Of a stretch of DNA of 64,000 bases, positions 62,596-64,000 are shown piece by piece. The DNA lies in sequence record SRR2962707_2080; one strand, given 5' to 3'. The stretch's first letter is position 1. Each line of letters opens with the position of its first letter. The notes under the pieces are model-generated. The model did no database searches. It was given only the letters and a program-made list of their open reading frames with translations, and was not told the origin of the DNA. Made by a program: the position numbers and the translations under genes.

Positions 62596-63780
62596 CTAGT
62601 TAACTGACATTTGTAGCAGCTTTGGTGTAATAAATACAAGTAATTCAACCTTTTCTTGTTGTTCTGTTTGTCTTTTAAAGAATATGCCCAGAATAGGAAT
62701 ATCGCCTAAAACCGGAACCTTACTGGTTGTTTTAAAACGCTCTTCTCGAAAAATCCCACCTAAAACAAGCGTTTCTTGGTCGTTCACCACCACATGCGTT
62801 TTTAATCGATTGGTTTCCAAGCTAGGCACGCCATTCACCAATTCCCCGACTGAGTCTTGATGAATCGTTAATTCCAACAAGATACGCTTTCCTTCTTTTA
62901 CAAACGGCCTCACCTCTAACAACAAGGCCGCGTCGCGAAACTCAACATTAACCGTGTCATCGTCCACGGTTTGGTACGGTATTTCTGTACCCGATTCAAT
63001 CCGAGCCAATTGGCCTTCTACGGCAACAATTTTGGGCTTAGACAATACTTTCGCCATGCCTTCACTTTCTAACATGTCTAAAGTAAACGACAACAAGTTC
63101 AAGCCGCTGCTGCCAGACACTGACAAACGGCTCGTTGCGGCTAATGCGCCAAGATCAATGGCGCCACCAATCGACGAGCGCACGCTGTTCGATAAGTTCG
63201 CCTGCCAATTCGCCCCAAATTGCGATTGGGCTGAGGTGCTCACCTGAGCAATTTGCGCACTGATTTCAATTTGTCGTAACGGCACATCCAGCCAAGCTAA
63301 TGTCTGAGCCAAACCTTCAACCGGCTGGCAATAATAAGTAATCAGCGAGTTGGTTCGCTCATCCACGATCAAAGAGATGGTCGGGTACAACACACTTAAA
63401 TGACCACCGACGGCTTTCGCTTTGGCATGGCGCAACATCCAATACGCTCGCTGGCAGTTGGCTTTCTCCTCTTTTTTCAGCGCAGGCATCAACACGGCCA
63501 CAGCGCCTTGCCAAGTCAAATCAATACTCGGATTTTGCGCGACGGCTTGCATCACTTCCCGCCAAGAAGCGTCTTTAATCGACAGGGTGAGTTGATCGTC
63601 TATGTCTGGGCTAATCACCAAGCTCTCCTGCATTTTCGACGCCAGCCAAGGCAACACTTCCTGTATTGAACGCGATTCAAAAAAGACATCCATCGCGAGC
63701 AGCCGTTGTGGCACCAAGAGCATCATCAGCGCTATGAATATCGGCCTTACCACCCCCTTTTCCAGTAATAAAGAGCACAT
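62596..63780 (-). CDS. Short PilQ/HofQ-type secretin
   Basis: DERTNSL, LD.P.RQIEI.A.I, SG.EIPY, GGIF, KVP.LGDIP.LG..F, ELLVFITP; upstream of aroK; start uncertain. Confidence 0.88.
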   Translation of the reverse strand: MCSLLLEKGVVRPIFIALMMLLVPQRLLAMDVFFESRSIQEVLPWLASKMQESLVISPDIDDQLTLSIKDASWREVMQAVAQNPSIDLTWQGAVAVLMPALKKEEKANCQRAYWMLRHAKAKAVGGHLSVLYPTISLIVDERTNSLITYYCQPVEGLAQTLAWLDVPLRQIEISAQIAQVSTSAQSQFGANWQANLSNSVRSSIGGAIDLGALAATSRLSVSGSSGLNLLSFTLDMLESEGMAKVLSKPKIVAVEGQLARIESGTEIPYQTVDDDTVNVEFRDAALLLEVRPFVKEGKRILLELTIHQDSVGELVNGVPSLETNRLKTHVVVNDQETLVLGGIFREERFKTTSKVPVLGDIPILGIFFKRQTEQQEKVELLVFITPKLLQMSVN

Positions 63781-63784
63781 ACAT

Positions 63785-64000
63785 TTACTCCTTCATGCCA
63801 TTGAGGTTGCGAACGGGTAATAGAAAGGCATCACCAGACGGTGCGACAAACGTCACTTGATCGGGCGAGACTCGCTGCACAGACAAACCCAAAGTCGGCA
63901 GCCAATCACCTTGTGCCACCCAACGTTTGGCCGATTGATAAGACAACAAAGCAGACGCTTCTCCTTGAAACACGGCCACAGAGACCAATCGCCATTGCGC
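63785..64000 (-). CDS. PilP/HofP-like protein, 3' part (runs off the window end)
   Basis: Open frame to the window edge (AQWRLVSVAVFQG...V..GD.L...V..V....V); position upstream of the secretin. Confidence 0.55.
   Translation of the reverse strand, partial: AQWRLVSVAVFQGEASALLSYQSAKRWVAQGDWLPTLGLSVQRVSPDQVTFVAPSGDAFLLPVRNLNGMKE

Overview
Mostly core-genome window from a marine gammaproteobacterium; gene order and protein style suggest Marinomonas/Oceanospirillaceae (inference only). Left end: nrdR-ribD-ribB on the minus strand, with no intact riboflavin synthase gene between ribD and ribB but a possible vestige of its C-terminus. Next come an EamA transporter and ettA, followed by a small variable patch: a toxin-first RelE/HigB + HTH toxin-antitoxin pair, a DUF2971-like gene and a decayed second antitoxin copy, partitioned by a duplicated 40-bp terminator. 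The middle holds lrp-codA-DUF2868-DUF3482 GTPase, plsC, a GGDEF/EAL protein, rlmF, a LysR/EamA pair, a complete RpoE-ChrR singlet-oxygen cluster with two visible sigmaE-type promoters, a SutA-like peptide, a candidate orphan structured sRNA, an OlsF-like acyltransferase and betB-betA. The most novel-looking locus (35.9-42.0 kb) is a BaeSR-type two-component system divergent from an operon encoding a NOX/ferric-reductase-like membrane flavocytochrome, a 2x[4Fe-4S] ferredoxin and a Tat-exported SdhA/AprA-family flavoprotein; an identical 13-bp BaeR-like box precedes this operon and a secreted EF-hand gene. Right part: mltA, exbB-exbD-exbD-tonB with a Fur-like box, transporters, gltBD, a damX-like gene, aroB, aroK and hofQ/hofP-like genes. 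No rRNA, tRNA, CRISPR array, integrase or transposase was seen. All family assignments are by motif recognition, not database search.
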